Origin: Nitrospira sp.
Lineage (GTDB): Bacteria > Nitrospirota > Nitrospiria > Nitrospirales > Nitrospiraceae
Direction of reading: 5' to 3'
Length of the DNA: 64,000 nt
NCBI GenBank assembly: GCA_024331045.1
Contig: JANDJC010000008.1
Location: 7,170 to 71,169 of the forward strand
Below the pieces are notes generated by a model. It was not told the DNA's origin. It searched no databases and saw only the letters and a list, made by a program, of their open reading frames with translations. Made by a program: the position numbers and the translations under genes. Position 1 is the first letter of the stretch. The number at the start of each line of letters is the position of its first letter. Below, one piece after another: positions 1 through 10,892 of this stretch.

Positions 1-1342
1 TCGCCGTGCTCTGTCCCACCCCCAACTCAAAGACCTCTTCCCCTCTCGTCACCCGAGCTCGGCCGGCGATCACCACCCAATGTTCACTACGTTTGTGATG
101 CAATTGCAACGACAGCCGGCCTCCTGGATTGACCGTGACCCTCTTGACTTTGAAACCTGGTCCCTCTTCCAGCACCGTATAGGATCCCCAGGGCCGCTGA
201 ACGGTCACATGCTCCAAATGTTCCGGTGCTCCCTGCCGCTTGAGAATCTCGACCACTTTCTTGACGTCCTGGGCACGATGTTTTGGACACACCAGCGTCG
301 CATCCGGTGTATCCACGACCACCATATCTTTTAATCCGATCGTCGCCACCACCCGACGGTCGGCGTACACAATCGAGTCGTTGCAATCAAGATCGACAAC
401 TCGTCCCGTCAAGATATTGCCAGCTTTATTTTTGACGGCCACTTCGTCCAAGCTGCCCCAACTGCCGACATCAGACCACCGGAAGGAGACTGGTACCATC
501 GCGGCCCTCGATGACCGCTCCATCACGCCGGTATCGATCGAAATCGACGCCGCCCCACGATACGCTTCATCAACCGACGAGGCTGGTGCCCCCGTAGCCG
601 TGAGCTGTTGAATCTGATCCACAACCTTCGCCAGCCCCGGCTGATGTCGGCGAATCTCATCGAGAATCGTTGCTGCCTTCCAGACAAACATGCCGCTGTT
701 CCAATAATAGGAGCCGGCCTTGAGATACCGAGCAGCCTTGGCCGCATCGGGCTTCTCCACAAATTGGCGGACCCGATAGCCACGCAGCCCTCCTAGCCTC
801 CCCAGCACCGTTTTCTCATCAGGTTTGATGTAGCCATAGCCGGTTTCTGGTCTGATCGGTTTGATCCCGAATGTGACCAAGTAGTCCTGTTCGGCCAATC
901 GAGTCGCCAATGCAACGGCCATTTCAAATTCCCGCTGCCCCGTCACCACATGGTCGGCTGGCACCACCAGCATGAGGCCATGCTGGTTACGCGCCAACAC
1001 CTCAATCGCCGCTAACGCAATTGCCGGGGCCGTATTGCGGCCTTCGGGCTCCAACACATAATTGTCCTTCAAGTCGTCCTTCCAATCGGCCAGCTGAATC
1101 CGGATCAATTCAGCCTGAGGACCATTGGTTGAAATCAAGACGTTGCTGGCTGGCGCACAGCCCAAGACTCGGCGCATGGTTTGCCGAATCAGGGTATCCT
1201 CGCTACCGATCCGCAACAATTGCTTGGGGAATAGATGCCGACTCACCGGCCAAAATCGCGTGCCACTGCCACCCGCCATAATGACAGGAAACAACCGTGA
1301 TTTGAGTTCGGCCTCCCTCCGTTGTGGATTGCGATCCGCCAT
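1..1342 (-). CDS. manC: Mannose-1-phosphate guanylyltransferase/mannose-6-phosphate isomerase (3' end runs off window)
   Basis: Not in the ORF track. Manual translation from ATG 1342 (GGAG upstream) gives MADRNPQ...PVIMAGGSGTRFWPVSR and C-terminal cupin motifs RPWGSYTVL and LSLQLHHKRSEHWVV. Confidence 0.95.
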   Translation of the reverse strand, partial: MADRNPQRREAELKSRLFPVIMAGGSGTRFWPVSRHLFPKQLLRIGSEDTLIRQTMRRVLGCAPASNVLISTNGPQAELIRIQLADWKDDLKDNYVLEPEGRNTAPAIALAAIEVLARNQHGLMLVVPADHVVTGQREFEMAVALATRLAEQDYLVTFGIKPIRPETGYGYIKPDEKTVLGRLGGLRGYRVRQFVEKPDAAKAARYLKAGSYYWNSGMFVWKAATILDEIRRHQPGLAKVVDQIQQLTATGAPASSVDEAYRGAASISIDTGVMERSSRAAMVPVSFRWSDVGSWGSLDEVAVKNKAGNILTGRVVDLDCNDSIVYADRRVVATIGLKDMVVVDTPDATLVCPKHRAQDVKKVVEILKRQGAPEHLEHVTVQRPWGSYTVLEEGPGFKVKRVTVNPGGRLSLQLHHKRSEHWVVIAGRARVTRGEEVFELGVGQSTA

Positions 1343-1399
1343 ATCTCCACCCTCCGTCTCAACGTATCAAGCCAGTCTGCCAACCAGCACAGCCGTTAA

Positions 1400-1954
1400 T
1401 CAGCTCCTTCCCGTTTGCTGCGCCTCTAGAATCAGCTCGACGACTTCCCTGACCGCCCCTTCGCCTCCCTTTTTCCGGCACACATAATCGACCGCCCGCA
1501 ACACTTGTGGCATGGCATCAGCCGGCGCCGCGGAAAATCCCACGGTCTTGAGCGCTTCGAGGTCATTGACGTCATCACCAATATAGGCCACCTGATCGAG
1601 CGAAAGGCCATAGCGGGATGCCATGTCCTGGATCACAGACAACTTATCCATGACTCCCTGATGCACCTCGGAGATCGCAAGTTTTTCTGCCCGGCGCGCG
1701 ACCAACCTTGTTCGTTCCTGTGTCACGATGGCCGTAATGAGCCCGGCTTTTTGAAGCAGCTTGATCCCCATGCCATCGCGCGTGTTGAACTTCTTCCATT
1801 CATCGCCAGATTCGGAATAGTACATGCCCGCATCGGTCAAGACGCCGTCCACATCTGTAGCAAATAGACGAATCCGTCGGAGGTCAGCCTTGGCAGAGAA
1901 ACTCTCACGCGCACGCGATGGAACCGATGCTCTTGGGCGCGCTTGTTTATTCAT
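1400..1954 (-). CDS. kdsC: KDO-8-phosphate phosphatase (HAD, YrbI family)
   Basis: DVDGVLTD motif I, FNTRDGMGI, YIGDDVND, GGEGAVREV. Confidence 0.9.
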   Translation of the reverse strand: MNKQARPRASVPSRARESFSAKADLRRIRLFATDVDGVLTDAGMYYSESGDEWKKFNTRDGMGIKLLQKAGLITAIVTQERTRLVARRAEKLAISEVHQGVMDKLSVIQDMASRYGLSLDQVAYIGDDVNDLEALKTVGFSAAPADAMPQVLRAVDYVCRKKGGEGAVREVVELILEAQQTGRS

Positions 1955-2329
1955 CTCGATCCAATCAACGACATCACCATCACCGCGCCATTGACCCCTT
2001 AAAACTCCCCTTTTTGTTCTCTCATAGAGAGGACTCGACGAATCGTCCTACCACGCCTAAACGCTCGTCCTTGCCATTGACGAGGGGCATCTTGCAGACC
2101 TGCCGCCAGCGCACGGCGATGGTCCATTTCTGATGGTGTTCTGATGGCGCCAGTGTGGAAGACTCCACGATCTTACTGGAAAACCGCGTGTACGCCAATC
2201 GAGAATAACAAATCCCCCTTCTCCTGGCCGAGCTGATGGCCATGAATCAGCCCGCTATTTGTCGTCCTCCCCCCTTGCGCAGCGCTCACTACCGTCTCTG
2301 CCCAGGTAGCCCGTTGAGTCTTTAACCTT

Positions 2330-3229
2330 CTACAGACGGTCCCACAGTTGCCGCAACACATGCCGGACACCATCGCGCCAATCCGGAAGAGCCAGACCAA
2401 AAGTGTTGCGGAATTTGCTGGTATCAAGGCGGGAGTTGGCCGGCCGTGCGGCCGCCATCGGATAGTCAGAAGAGGGAATGGCTTTAATCGCGTCAGGTGA
2501 GAGTTTGAGTGGGCGACCAGCCACGAGAGCCTCCGCTACCACAAACCTGGCATAATCACACCAATTCGTTTCGCCCGCAGCCACAAGGTGATACAGTCCA
2601 TAGGGGAACTGCCCGTCCCTCCTGTACTGCCACTCACGAATCAAGTGTGCGGTACAATCAGCCAGCAGTGCGGCGGAGGTTGGCGCTCCCCATTGATCGG
2701 CCACAACATGAAGCATATCCCGCTCCGCCGCCAAACGGAGGATGGTCTTGGCAAAATTGGTCCCATGGGCCCCCACCACCCAACTGGTGCGGAGAATCAG
2801 GTGACGAGCCGTAGCCTCTTGCAGAGCAAGCTCGCCCGCTCGCTTGCTTTGGCCATAGACATTTAAGGGCTTCGTTTCATCCTCTTCGGTATAGAACCCT
2901 GGTTTACTGCCGTCGAAGACATAGTCGGTCGAATAATGAATGACCAAGGCGCCCAGCTTATTTGCTTCTTCGCCTATGACCCCTGGTGCGACCGCATTGA
3001 CGGCATGGGCGGCATGAGGCTCGGATTCAGCCCGGTCCACGGCTGTGTACGCGGCGGGATTCACGATCACGTCAGGTCGGACATGGCGCAGGAGGGCCCG
3101 GACGGAAGCCTCTGTAGCGAGATCACAGTCTTCCTGATCAACGGCGTACCCCTCCCCCAGCGGTGCCAGGGCACGTTGTAATTCAAACCCCACCTGCCCA
3201 TTCTTACCCGTCAAGAGGATCGTCAGCAT
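2330..3229 (-). CDS. rfbD: dTDP-4-dehydrorhamnose reductase
   Basis: TGKNGQVG, NPAAYTAVDRAE, YSTDYVFDG, YGQSK, RPANSRLD. Start trimmed to MLTILLTG (299 aa). Confidence 0.95.
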   Translation of the reverse strand: MLTILLTGKNGQVGFELQRALAPLGEGYAVDQEDCDLATEASVRALLRHVRPDVIVNPAAYTAVDRAESEPHAAHAVNAVAPGVIGEEANKLGALVIHYSTDYVFDGSKPGFYTEEDETKPLNVYGQSKRAGELALQEATARHLILRTSWVVGAHGTNFAKTILRLAAERDMLHVVADQWGAPTSAALLADCTAHLIREWQYRRDGQFPYGLYHLVAAGETNWCDYARFVVAEALVAGRPLKLSPDAIKAIPSSDYPMAAARPANSRLDTSKFRNTFGLALPDWRDGVRHVLRQLWDRL

Positions 3230-3359
3230 CTTCTTACGAACCAGCACACTGGACACGAATCCCCCTTTCCACCAACCGCACCCCCATCCCCTTTGCAAGT
3301 TTCACTGACAGGCCACTCCTGGCCACAGGAATGGCCTCGCCAGCTTTCTCTAGAACCCA

Positions 3360-5255
3360 CTAGGACACCCGCTCAGAAACCATCGGCTGAAATGTTGGCA
3401 CCACCTTCTTTAAATCTTGCAGCACGTCTTCGTCTTCACAATGAAGTAACCGATCGGGCAACTCCATGATCCATCGCTCAAGATCTCCCGACGGCAACGG
3501 CTGACTGAGCACCCGCTGAATTTTGGGATGAGGAGTTGGGACCACCTCTTCGCTCGCTTCATACAATTCCTCATAGAGTTTTTCGCCAGGCCGCAAGCCG
3601 GTATAGACAATCTGAATGTCTTTGCCTGGGACCAGACCGGATAAAACAATCATGTTCCTCGCCAAATCCACCACCTTGATCTGCTCTCCCATATCAAGCA
3701 CAAAGACATCGCCTCCCTGTCCCAGCACACTGGCTTGTAGAACAAGTTGGACCGCCTCCGGAATCGTCATGAAGAATCGCCTGATCTGCGGATCCGTCAC
3801 CGTCACTGGTCCGCCTTTGCGAATCTGCTCGGCAAAGAGAGGAACCACGCTGCCGTTACTTCCCAACACATTTCCAAATCGCACAACCGTGAACATGGTT
3901 GTGCCTGTGCCGTTGAAATTTCGTACCAGATGTTCGGCGACCCGTTTGGTCGCTCCCATCACGCTTGCTGGGTTGACCGCCTTGTCGGTCGAGATGAGCA
4001 CAAACCGCTCCACGCCGGATCTCACCGACTCTTCAGCCACCACACGAGTTCCCAGGATATTGTTCCGCACCGCTTCTTTAGGATTGAGTTCCATCAACGG
4101 CACATGTTTGTGCGCCGCCGCATGAAACACAAGATCTGGTTTGGTCTGGCGAAAGACTTCGGCCACACGATCGGGCATGGTGACATCCGCCACCACCGGG
4201 AGAACCCCAACATGGGGAAAGGCTGCTCGCAGCTCCAACAAGAGGGCATGAAGAGCATTTTCATACCGTTCGAACAGCACCAAGGATTCCGGCCGATACT
4301 GGGCAATTTGCCGGCACAGTTCCGAGCCGATCGAACCGCCGGCCCCTGTCACCAGCACGGTCTTCCCCTCCAGCAAGGGATGCAGTTCCCGGCAGTCGGC
4401 CTGAATGGGATCCCGTTGCAACAGGTCTTCGAGCTTCATCGGCCGGACCTGTTGGAGCAAGACAGGGTCGCCAAGAAGCCGTCTCACACTGGGCAAGATC
4501 TTGATAGGAACCGTGCACCCTTCTGCCGCGGCCAGAATCTTCCTCCTGATGTCAGGGGCAGCGGAGGGAATGGCCACAATGATCTCGTGGGCGCCCACAC
4601 GATCGGCCACAGCTTTCACCTCGGCCGTCGACCCCAACACGGGAATCCCATGGATCTGCATCCGCCGTTTCACCGGATCATCGTCCACAAAGGCAACCGG
4701 ACGGCAACGATAGTCGGGATCGGCGAGCATGGCGCGGGCCAACTGTTCACCCGCATTGCCGGCGCCGACGATTAAGACCTTCTTGGCAGTCGGCTCAATA
4801 ATACGGAGCCATTCCCGAAACCATCGCACAGCCAATCGGATACCGGCCAGATAAAGGGCGCTCAGCAGACCGGTGAGGATGATGACCGAGCGGGGATACG
4901 CTCTGACCCCTAAGAGAAGATGGACCAATCCATAAAAGATCACCGAGCTGGCGAGCGACGCCCAGAGAATTCTTCCCAAGTCGTGCAACCCCACATACCG
5001 CCACAGGCCCCGCTGAATACCAAACACCCAGAGACCGGCACCGAACACGAGCAAGGTCACTGGGAGATACTCCCACAGGATCCTTCGCTGGTCGCTGGGA
5101 ATATCACCATCGAATCGCAAAAGGAAGGCCGTGACATTCGCGGCAAGGATCAGGCTCAGTTGCGTGCCGACGACGAGCAGCAGCCGATGTTCAAGAAACA
5201 CCTGGCCATATCGGCTGGCGAGCGCATGGAATAATTGAGCCGTTCGTTGTTTCAT
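3360..5255 (-). CDS. Membrane-bound UDP-GlcNAc 4,6-dehydratase (PglF/WbpM/CapD family)
   Basis: N-terminal TM helices, VTGAGGSIGSELCRQ, HAAAHKHVP, ISTDKAVNP, VRFGNVLGSNGSVVP, GLRPGEKLYEEL. Confidence 0.95.
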   Translation of the reverse strand: MKQRTAQLFHALASRYGQVFLEHRLLLVVGTQLSLILAANVTAFLLRFDGDIPSDQRRILWEYLPVTLLVFGAGLWVFGIQRGLWRYVGLHDLGRILWASLASSVIFYGLVHLLLGVRAYPRSVIILTGLLSALYLAGIRLAVRWFREWLRIIEPTAKKVLIVGAGNAGEQLARAMLADPDYRCRPVAFVDDDPVKRRMQIHGIPVLGSTAEVKAVADRVGAHEIIVAIPSAAPDIRRKILAAAEGCTVPIKILPSVRRLLGDPVLLQQVRPMKLEDLLQRDPIQADCRELHPLLEGKTVLVTGAGGSIGSELCRQIAQYRPESLVLFERYENALHALLLELRAAFPHVGVLPVVADVTMPDRVAEVFRQTKPDLVFHAAAHKHVPLMELNPKEAVRNNILGTRVVAEESVRSGVERFVLISTDKAVNPASVMGATKRVAEHLVRNFNGTGTTMFTVVRFGNVLGSNGSVVPLFAEQIRKGGPVTVTDPQIRRFFMTIPEAVQLVLQASVLGQGGDVFVLDMGEQIKVVDLARNMIVLSGLVPGKDIQIVYTGLRPGEKLYEELYEASEEVVPTPHPKIQRVLSQPLPSGDLERWIMELPDRLLHCEDEDVLQDLKKVVPTFQPMVSERVS

Positions 5256-6379
5256 GCGTGACCCGAGATGAAAGGCGCCGGTATCTGGTGCCGTTGAAAT
5301 GGGTGTGACAGCATGGTCCGAACCGCCTCAATCACCAGTGTCGATGGTAACTGTTGGAGGCATTCGCTTAGGCTGTTGACATGACGATCGCACCCCTCCG
5401 CGTAACAGGGCACACAGTCGCCTTCTCCCTGGAGCAGCAGAACATTGCCCTGTCGCTGGGTTCCCTTGGTCTTCCACGGACTGTTTTGACCAAACGGAAA
5501 GTCCTTTGGCCACGGTCCCCATTTGACCGGATTCGATGGTCCAAACAAGACAACCGTGGGAGTCCCCACCGCCGCTGCCATATGGCTCACCGCCGTATCG
5601 GTCCCGACATAGACAACCGCGCGGCTCAAGAGACAGCCCAACGTCGCAAGACCACATCGCCCGGCGACATTGATCGAGCCACTCGGCAACTGGCTGGTAA
5701 CCTCCTGGCAATAAGTCTGCTCGGACGGCGTGCTCCCTCCCGTGACGATCACCGTCAGTCCCTGTTCTGTCAGCCAGGCTCCCAGAGCCGCCCATCCCTT
5801 TACTGTCCACATCTTGTATGGAAATTTCGGAGAGACATGAACAACGGCGTAGGGTCTGGCCATGTCGGAAATGAGCTCGCGAACCCGCTCCGCATCTTCT
5901 TCCTTCCATGAGACGACCGGCGTCGCCAGTGGGTGAATCCCCAACACTTCGACCAGCCGGAGATTCATAGCGATCGTATGGGTATCGCGATTGTCAAAGG
6001 GGATCCATGTGTTGAGCAGGCGCCGCTTCCACCAGGATTTCTTGTCAGGCAGCAACGTTCCCACCCGATACCGGCCCGCCGCCCATGCATAGATGGTCGG
6101 GCGATCGCCGGCCAATACCGAGAGGGCCAGATCGTACCGGCGCCAGAGAGACCGCAACAACCTCGCGTGGGCGGCAGTCGTCGGTTGTTCGGCCACCGTC
6201 CAGACTCGATCGATGTCGGGATTGGCCGAGACAACGTCCTCGGTTCCTTCGAAAACCAACATGTCGACCGTAGCCTTGGGATAGGCGGCCTTCAATGACC
6301 GGACCACCGGAGTCGCCAACAATACATCGCCGATGCGACGGGTACAGATCACCAGCGCATGGACAACAGGACCGTTCAC
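5252..6379 (-). CDS. GT9 LPS heptosyltransferase (RfaQ-like)
   Basis: RRIGDVLLATP, GTDTAVSHMAAAVGTPTVVLFGPS, C-terminal CVPC...C cluster. Confidence 0.9.
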   Translation of the reverse strand: MNGPVVHALVICTRRIGDVLLATPVVRSLKAAYPKATVDMLVFEGTEDVVSANPDIDRVWTVAEQPTTAAHARLLRSLWRRYDLALSVLAGDRPTIYAWAAGRYRVGTLLPDKKSWWKRRLLNTWIPFDNRDTHTIAMNLRLVEVLGIHPLATPVVSWKEEDAERVRELISDMARPYAVVHVSPKFPYKMWTVKGWAALGAWLTEQGLTVIVTGGSTPSEQTYCQEVTSQLPSGSINVAGRCGLATLGCLLSRAVVYVGTDTAVSHMAAAVGTPTVVLFGPSNPVKWGPWPKDFPFGQNSPWKTKGTQRQGNVLLLQGEGDCVPCYAEGCDRHVNSLSECLQQLPSTLVIEAVRTMLSHPFQRHQIPAPFISGHA

Positions 6380-7243
6380 TCACACCTTTCTTAAAAAGGC
6401 CAACATATCATGGCCCTTGTGGAACCACATGGCCGGTACATTCAACACTTCAGCCACGATCTTCAATGTCCGGTACACCGCACGAGAGACCTGAAACGAT
6501 TCCGCAAAGCGGACACGGCGGGTCTCCAGCCGCTCAATTCGAAAGCCGCACTGACCAGCCAACCGTTCAAGCGAGCGCGGGGTGAAAAAGCTGATATGCC
6601 CTCCATATCGCTCCATGTGAAAGTAATCCCAACGCTCGCGCATGACCGCCACGGTCCAACTGTCGGCATTGCCCGTGCCGACCACCAGGACTCCCGCCGG
6701 CACCAAGATATTCCAGATTTCTTTCATCGCGTCAATCGGCTGATGGAGGTGCTCGATCACTTCCATCATCGTCACGGCTTGAAAGTGTTCACGAGGATAG
6801 CGGGCTTCTTGCACCGTGCCAGCAAACACTGGCAATCCAACAGCCTGTGCCGCCTCCGCCGCCCGTCTGGCTGGTTCTACTCCTTGGGCCTCGATGCCTT
6901 CCTTCTTCGCGCTCAGCAGCAATGCGCCACTGGAGCACCCAACATCCAGCAATCGAAATGACGTACCAGGCCGCAGACCAAGCAGCTGTCGGACCCGTGC
7001 AAACAACCGCCTGGCCCGCTGATCATGACGTTTCTGCGAGAGAGGAGTCGGCAACGTGCCGCTTTCCGTGTCAAATTTAGCAAGCGCCGCATGATAGTCG
7101 ATTTCCTCAATCTGGCTCACAAGGTGACCACAGGCCTCGCACACCAGCAATGGCCCCTCCGGCATGCGGATGTCGCTTTCTCGAAACCCCGCCTCGCAAC
7201 CGACGGGACATGACGTCACGAAGGGCACGGCACCATCCTTCAC
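6380..7243 (-). CDS. Class I SAM-dependent methyltransferase with N-terminal CxxC zinc-ribbon
   Basis: CPVGC...CEAC, LLDVGCSSG, EVIEHL. Confidence 0.9.
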   Translation of the reverse strand: MKDGAVPFVTSCPVGCEAGFRESDIRMPEGPLLVCEACGHLVSQIEEIDYHAALAKFDTESGTLPTPLSQKRHDQRARRLFARVRQLLGLRPGTSFRLLDVGCSSGALLLSAKKEGIEAQGVEPARRAAEAAQAVGLPVFAGTVQEARYPREHFQAVTMMEVIEHLHQPIDAMKEIWNILVPAGVLVVGTGNADSWTVAVMRERWDYFHMERYGGHISFFTPRSLERLAGQCGFRIERLETRRVRFAESFQVSRAVYRTLKIVAEVLNVPAMWFHKGHDMLAFLRKV

Positions 7244-8055
7244 ACCATCTGATAGCGATCAAGTCCCTTGACCGCGCGAACCTGATCCGATCGGAGGAGC
7301 GCCTCCAACCGTGCCCAGTTCTCCGGCATTGCCGATCGATCCTGTTCCGGATGCCACAAATGAAACACCGGCGCCGCGAATCGGGCACTTTTGTGCTTGA
7401 CGCCGGCGCGGAGCAACCGAATGACCAGATCGGAGTCCTCGAGCCCCCAGCCTTCATACGATTCATCCAGCCCGTTGACGCGAGTCAAGTCATGCCGCCA
7501 GAGGGAGAGGTTGCAGGTCTTGATCCCTTCCCATCGATTTGGCGACCATTTGCGAAACGGCCAGTCGGGAACCGTGAGCAACGGCAACAGTCGATTGACT
7601 CCTTTTCGTCCCCACGCCCTCATCCACTCCTTCCACCCCCACCGATAGATTGGCAGGTGCTCGCGCAACACCCGTCCAGTTAACGCCTCACTCAGCAAGA
7701 TACGGTTGGAACCCAAAAAATAGCCATTCTCGGCCAGCATCTTATGGGCTCGGACGAAATGGCGGGACGGCACACAGTCGCCGTCAGTAAAAACAATGTA
7801 CTCGGCGTCCGTCGCCGCGACCGCGCGATTACGGATGGCCGCGGCCCGAAATCCGCGGTCTTCATGCCAGACGTGCGTGAGCGGCATGATCCCACGCTGG
7901 TGGAACGATCGAATGACCGCTGCCGTCTCTTCCGTCGAGCCGTCATCCGCCACGACCAGCACGAAGTCACGATCACTTTGATGAGAATACCCCTCCAGCA
8001 CACAGGCTAGAGCGTCAGGACGGTTATATGTCGTGACGATCACCGCGGTTTTCAT
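7240..8055 (-). CDS. GT2 glycosyltransferase
   Basis: TTYNRP, ADDGS, FTDGDC, WGLEDSD. Start ATG 8055 overlaps the upstream stop (ATGA). Confidence 0.9.
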   Translation of the reverse strand: MKTAVIVTTYNRPDALACVLEGYSHQSDRDFVLVVADDGSTEETAAVIRSFHQRGIMPLTHVWHEDRGFRAAAIRNRAVAATDAEYIVFTDGDCVPSRHFVRAHKMLAENGYFLGSNRILLSEALTGRVLREHLPIYRWGWKEWMRAWGRKGVNRLLPLLTVPDWPFRKWSPNRWEGIKTCNLSLWRHDLTRVNGLDESYEGWGLEDSDLVIRLLRAGVKHKSARFAAPVFHLWHPEQDRSAMPENWARLEALLRSDQVRAVKGLDRYQMV

Positions 8056-8852
8056 CCTGAAGAGAGGTGGTCCGGTCTCCGCAGCGGAGGCTGCTTGGGG
8101 ATGGCCCACTGTTCTTGTTGTTCGAATCGCTTCGCGTAGCGGTAAAAGGTACCTTCGAAGTTGCCGAAAGCGATGACAAAGCCGGGCCAGCCATCCAAAA
8201 ATCCCCGCTTGGCGATGTAATGTTTAAGAAAGGACCACATCGCATGCCAGAGCGCCGATCCCATTGATACCCGCTTGCCATTTAGCTTCTGCGCCCCGAG
8301 CGTGGAATATCGATTGGCCTTTTTGATCACTTCTTCAAAGTCTCGAAAGGGAACCTGCCAAATGGCGTGGCGCAATCGGCCGACCGGCTTGTCGGTCAAC
8401 AGTTCATACCCCTCATGGACGGGCAACTCCATGTACTTCATCGCGCCTTTCCGGAACAATTGCGGCTGGCGAAAATTGGGATACCAGCCAGAATGGTTGA
8501 TCCACCGCCCCATGAAATAATTCCGCCGCGGCACGAGATAGGCGTCGTGCGCCGGGGTCCTCGACAGAAGCGCCAGAATTTCGTCCCGCACGTCGGGCGT
8601 ACAGATCTCGTCCGTGTCCAGGCTGAAAATCCACTCATATTGACAGGCCTCAACCGCCCGATTGCGCAAATGCCCGAATCCTTCAAAGGGAATTTGGACG
8701 ATCTTGGCCCCGAGTGCCTGGGCAATGCGATCGGTGCCGTCCGTGCTGTGGGAGTCGGCCACCACCACTTCATCGGCCCAGAGGACGCTGTTGACGGCAT
8801 CGGCAATCCTATCAGCAGCGTTGTAGGCGATAATATAGGCCGCCACTTTCAT
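8052..8852 (-). CDS. GT2 glycosyltransferase (KdtX/WaaE-like core glucosyltransferase)
   Basis: DSHSTDGT, SLDTDE, PVHE, GFLDG. Start ATG 8852 overlaps the waaL stop. Confidence 0.88.
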   Translation of the reverse strand: MKVAAYIIAYNAADRIADAVNSVLWADEVVVADSHSTDGTDRIAQALGAKIVQIPFEGFGHLRNRAVEACQYEWIFSLDTDEICTPDVRDEILALLSRTPAHDAYLVPRRNYFMGRWINHSGWYPNFRQPQLFRKGAMKYMELPVHEGYELLTDKPVGRLRHAIWQVPFRDFEEVIKKANRYSTLGAQKLNGKRVSMGSALWHAMWSFLKHYIAKRGFLDGWPGFVIAFGNFEGTFYRYAKRFEQQEQWAIPKQPPLRRPDHLSSG

Positions 8853-10144
8853 AAGGTCTCCCCCATCCTGCCAGAAGAAAGAGTCGCAAGAGGATGACCA
8901 TCCTGATACCGGAGTTCCGGCGCCAACAAGACCCCCAGAAACGTCGTCACCAGATGGCCTTCGGCAAAGGTCCGAAAATGCGAACTGAACAGGCTGGTGA
9001 GACACCAGCCGCATAAGATGGCCATGGCCAGCCCTCGATAGGGACCAGCGGGGGCGGCCACGAGCGCACCTAGCCAGAGCACAAACACCAGAAGGCCCGG
9101 CAGACCGTGCTGAACCACAATTGCCAGATACTGATTGTGCGGATCACCCGTCACTTGTGACCGCCAGTCGTTTTGATCATACTTGCCGGCAATCTGCGCA
9201 GCGTACGCCCTTTTAAATCCTCCCGTGCCGACCCCCATCACCCAATGGTGCGCGGCAATCTCCAGGGTATGAACAAGGAACACCTTTCTCGCCCCCATCG
9301 AGGTTTCGTTCACCGCCTGATCCGCACTGTTCCATTCCTGCACAGCTTGGGTTACTCGCTGCTGCATGGGAGGCGAAAGAACAATGATCACAGCCGCAAC
9401 AATTGGCATTGCCAATCCGAGAGTCCGTCTTTGTTTACGCGTGACAGACCATATGCCCCATACGGCGACACCAGCGAACAGCGCGACATAGCCACTGCGG
9501 GAGCCAGAGATAAAAAGAACGTTACCCGCGAAGAGCGTTGCCAGCACCAGCAACCATTGTGTCCGCCCTTGCCATTGATGATTCCACGCCAGCCAGAGAC
9601 AGAGCAAGGTTGCGATAGCGAAACTCATGGCCTGGGTGACATTGTTGCGCAACAGCGCCTCTGGCGATTTCCAGAGGCTGATCCCGCTCAGCAGGCTGGC
9701 AAACGAAGCGGTCACTCCGATTGCTGCCCCAATTAAGAAAGCGTAGAGGAGCCGCCGTTTCCACAATTCACTGTCAAAGAGGGCAAACAGGATGATGAAC
9801 CAGAGGACCGTCCGCCATTTCAGCACATCGGTCCACCGTTCCTGCCAGGAAGCCGGTCCATAGGTCATCCCGACGATGACGAGACCGAGAAACGCCAGCC
9901 CCCAGTACACCGGCGGATAAGACGCTACGCCTTTCAACCGTGCCAGGGCCTCGCCACTGGCCAGAAACGCGATATAGGTTGCGACCAGACCGATGCTCGC
10001 CACCGTGGGAGAATACAAGAGGCCGACCACCGCTAGAATGGCGGAGCCCCTTGCCACATCTATCAAGTTGAGACGATTGGTCTCTGAGCGACCAACCACG
10101 GAGTCGAGAGGAGCAGGGGAATCCATGGTGTCTTGCTTAGGCAC
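8849..10144 (-). CDS. waaL: O-antigen ligase
   Basis: Multi-TM protein with SRSGY, GVGTGGF and the PHNQYL...GLPG ligase motif. Confidence 0.88.
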   Translation of the reverse strand: MPKQDTMDSPAPLDSVVGRSETNRLNLIDVARGSAILAVVGLLYSPTVASIGLVATYIAFLASGEALARLKGVASYPPVYWGLAFLGLVIVGMTYGPASWQERWTDVLKWRTVLWFIILFALFDSELWKRRLLYAFLIGAAIGVTASFASLLSGISLWKSPEALLRNNVTQAMSFAIATLLCLWLAWNHQWQGRTQWLLVLATLFAGNVLFISGSRSGYVALFAGVAVWGIWSVTRKQRRTLGLAMPIVAAVIIVLSPPMQQRVTQAVQEWNSADQAVNETSMGARKVFLVHTLEIAAHHWVMGVGTGGFKRAYAAQIAGKYDQNDWRSQVTGDPHNQYLAIVVQHGLPGLLVFVLWLGALVAAPAGPYRGLAMAILCGWCLTSLFSSHFRTFAEGHLVTTFLGVLLAPELRYQDGHPLATLSSGRMGETL

Positions 10145-10868
10145 GATAGAGATATTTCCTCCTCAGCTTCTGAAGCGCAAACTTGATCCGCTGCACGAAC
10201 TTGGGAGGAGCCGGCTCCAGTGCGGAGCGAAACGTCCCGTTTTTACTCCCTTGGACCGCCACCGGCTCTTCCAACCAATAGGACGCAATGCTCTGTTCGC
10301 GATCGATCCGTTCGAACAGGTTGTCGGCGGGCAAGACAATTCCGTGCTGTTCAATCCATGACACACGCAGTTCCGCAGCCCTCCTGCCCACGATATAGGC
10401 TTCGGCCAATCGTCCTCGTGACGATCGATAGAGCCGCCGCCCCGGCACCAGCCGACTGCGCGGTGTGTACAGATTGCCCCCGCTCCCAATGAACAACACG
10501 AAGGGCTCTTCATAACCAGACGATTCCGCCAAGGCGTCCCGCACACCTTGCACAAAGCCGGGCAAGAGGATCACGTCGTCTTCCAAAATCAATGCCCGAC
10601 GCCAGTTCCGCTCGATCAGGAGACGATGGGCCTGAACATGTTTCATCGCACAGGATTGTTGCGCCGGACTTAAACCTGGCCCCTGAAGATACCGCCGCGC
10701 CGCTTCATCCTGTAAGTCCGGCACGTCATAGTCATGAATGAATTCGTAGCGAAGCCCCAGGGGGTCCAACTGGCATTCCATGTGGCGGCGGCGCTCGATA
10801 AAACTTTTGACGTTGATGACCAAAATCCCATCAAGGCCCAAATTGTCACGATTCATCGTTGCGCCCAC
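10137..10868 (-). CDS. GT25 glycosyltransferase (LOS biosynthesis, Lex/LgtB-like)
   Basis: VINV...ERR, SCAMKH, LILEDD, AYIV...AA, PAD. Confidence 0.88.
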   Translation of the reverse strand: MGATMNRDNLGLDGILVINVKSFIERRRHMECQLDPLGLRYEFIHDYDVPDLQDEAARRYLQGPGLSPAQQSCAMKHVQAHRLLIERNWRRALILEDDVILLPGFVQGVRDALAESSGYEEPFVLFIGSGGNLYTPRSRLVPGRRLYRSSRGRLAEAYIVGRRAAELRVSWIEQHGIVLPADNLFERIDREQSIASYWLEEPVAVQGSKNGTFRSALEPAPPKFVQRIKFALQKLRRKYLYRA

Positions 10869-10892
10869 CGACGCTTACGGAGCTTCAACCTG

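Noticed and set aside
2330-3229. rfbD lying ~43 kb from rfbBAC as a novelty
   Set aside because: Split rml gene arrangements are common and the pathway is complete within the locus.
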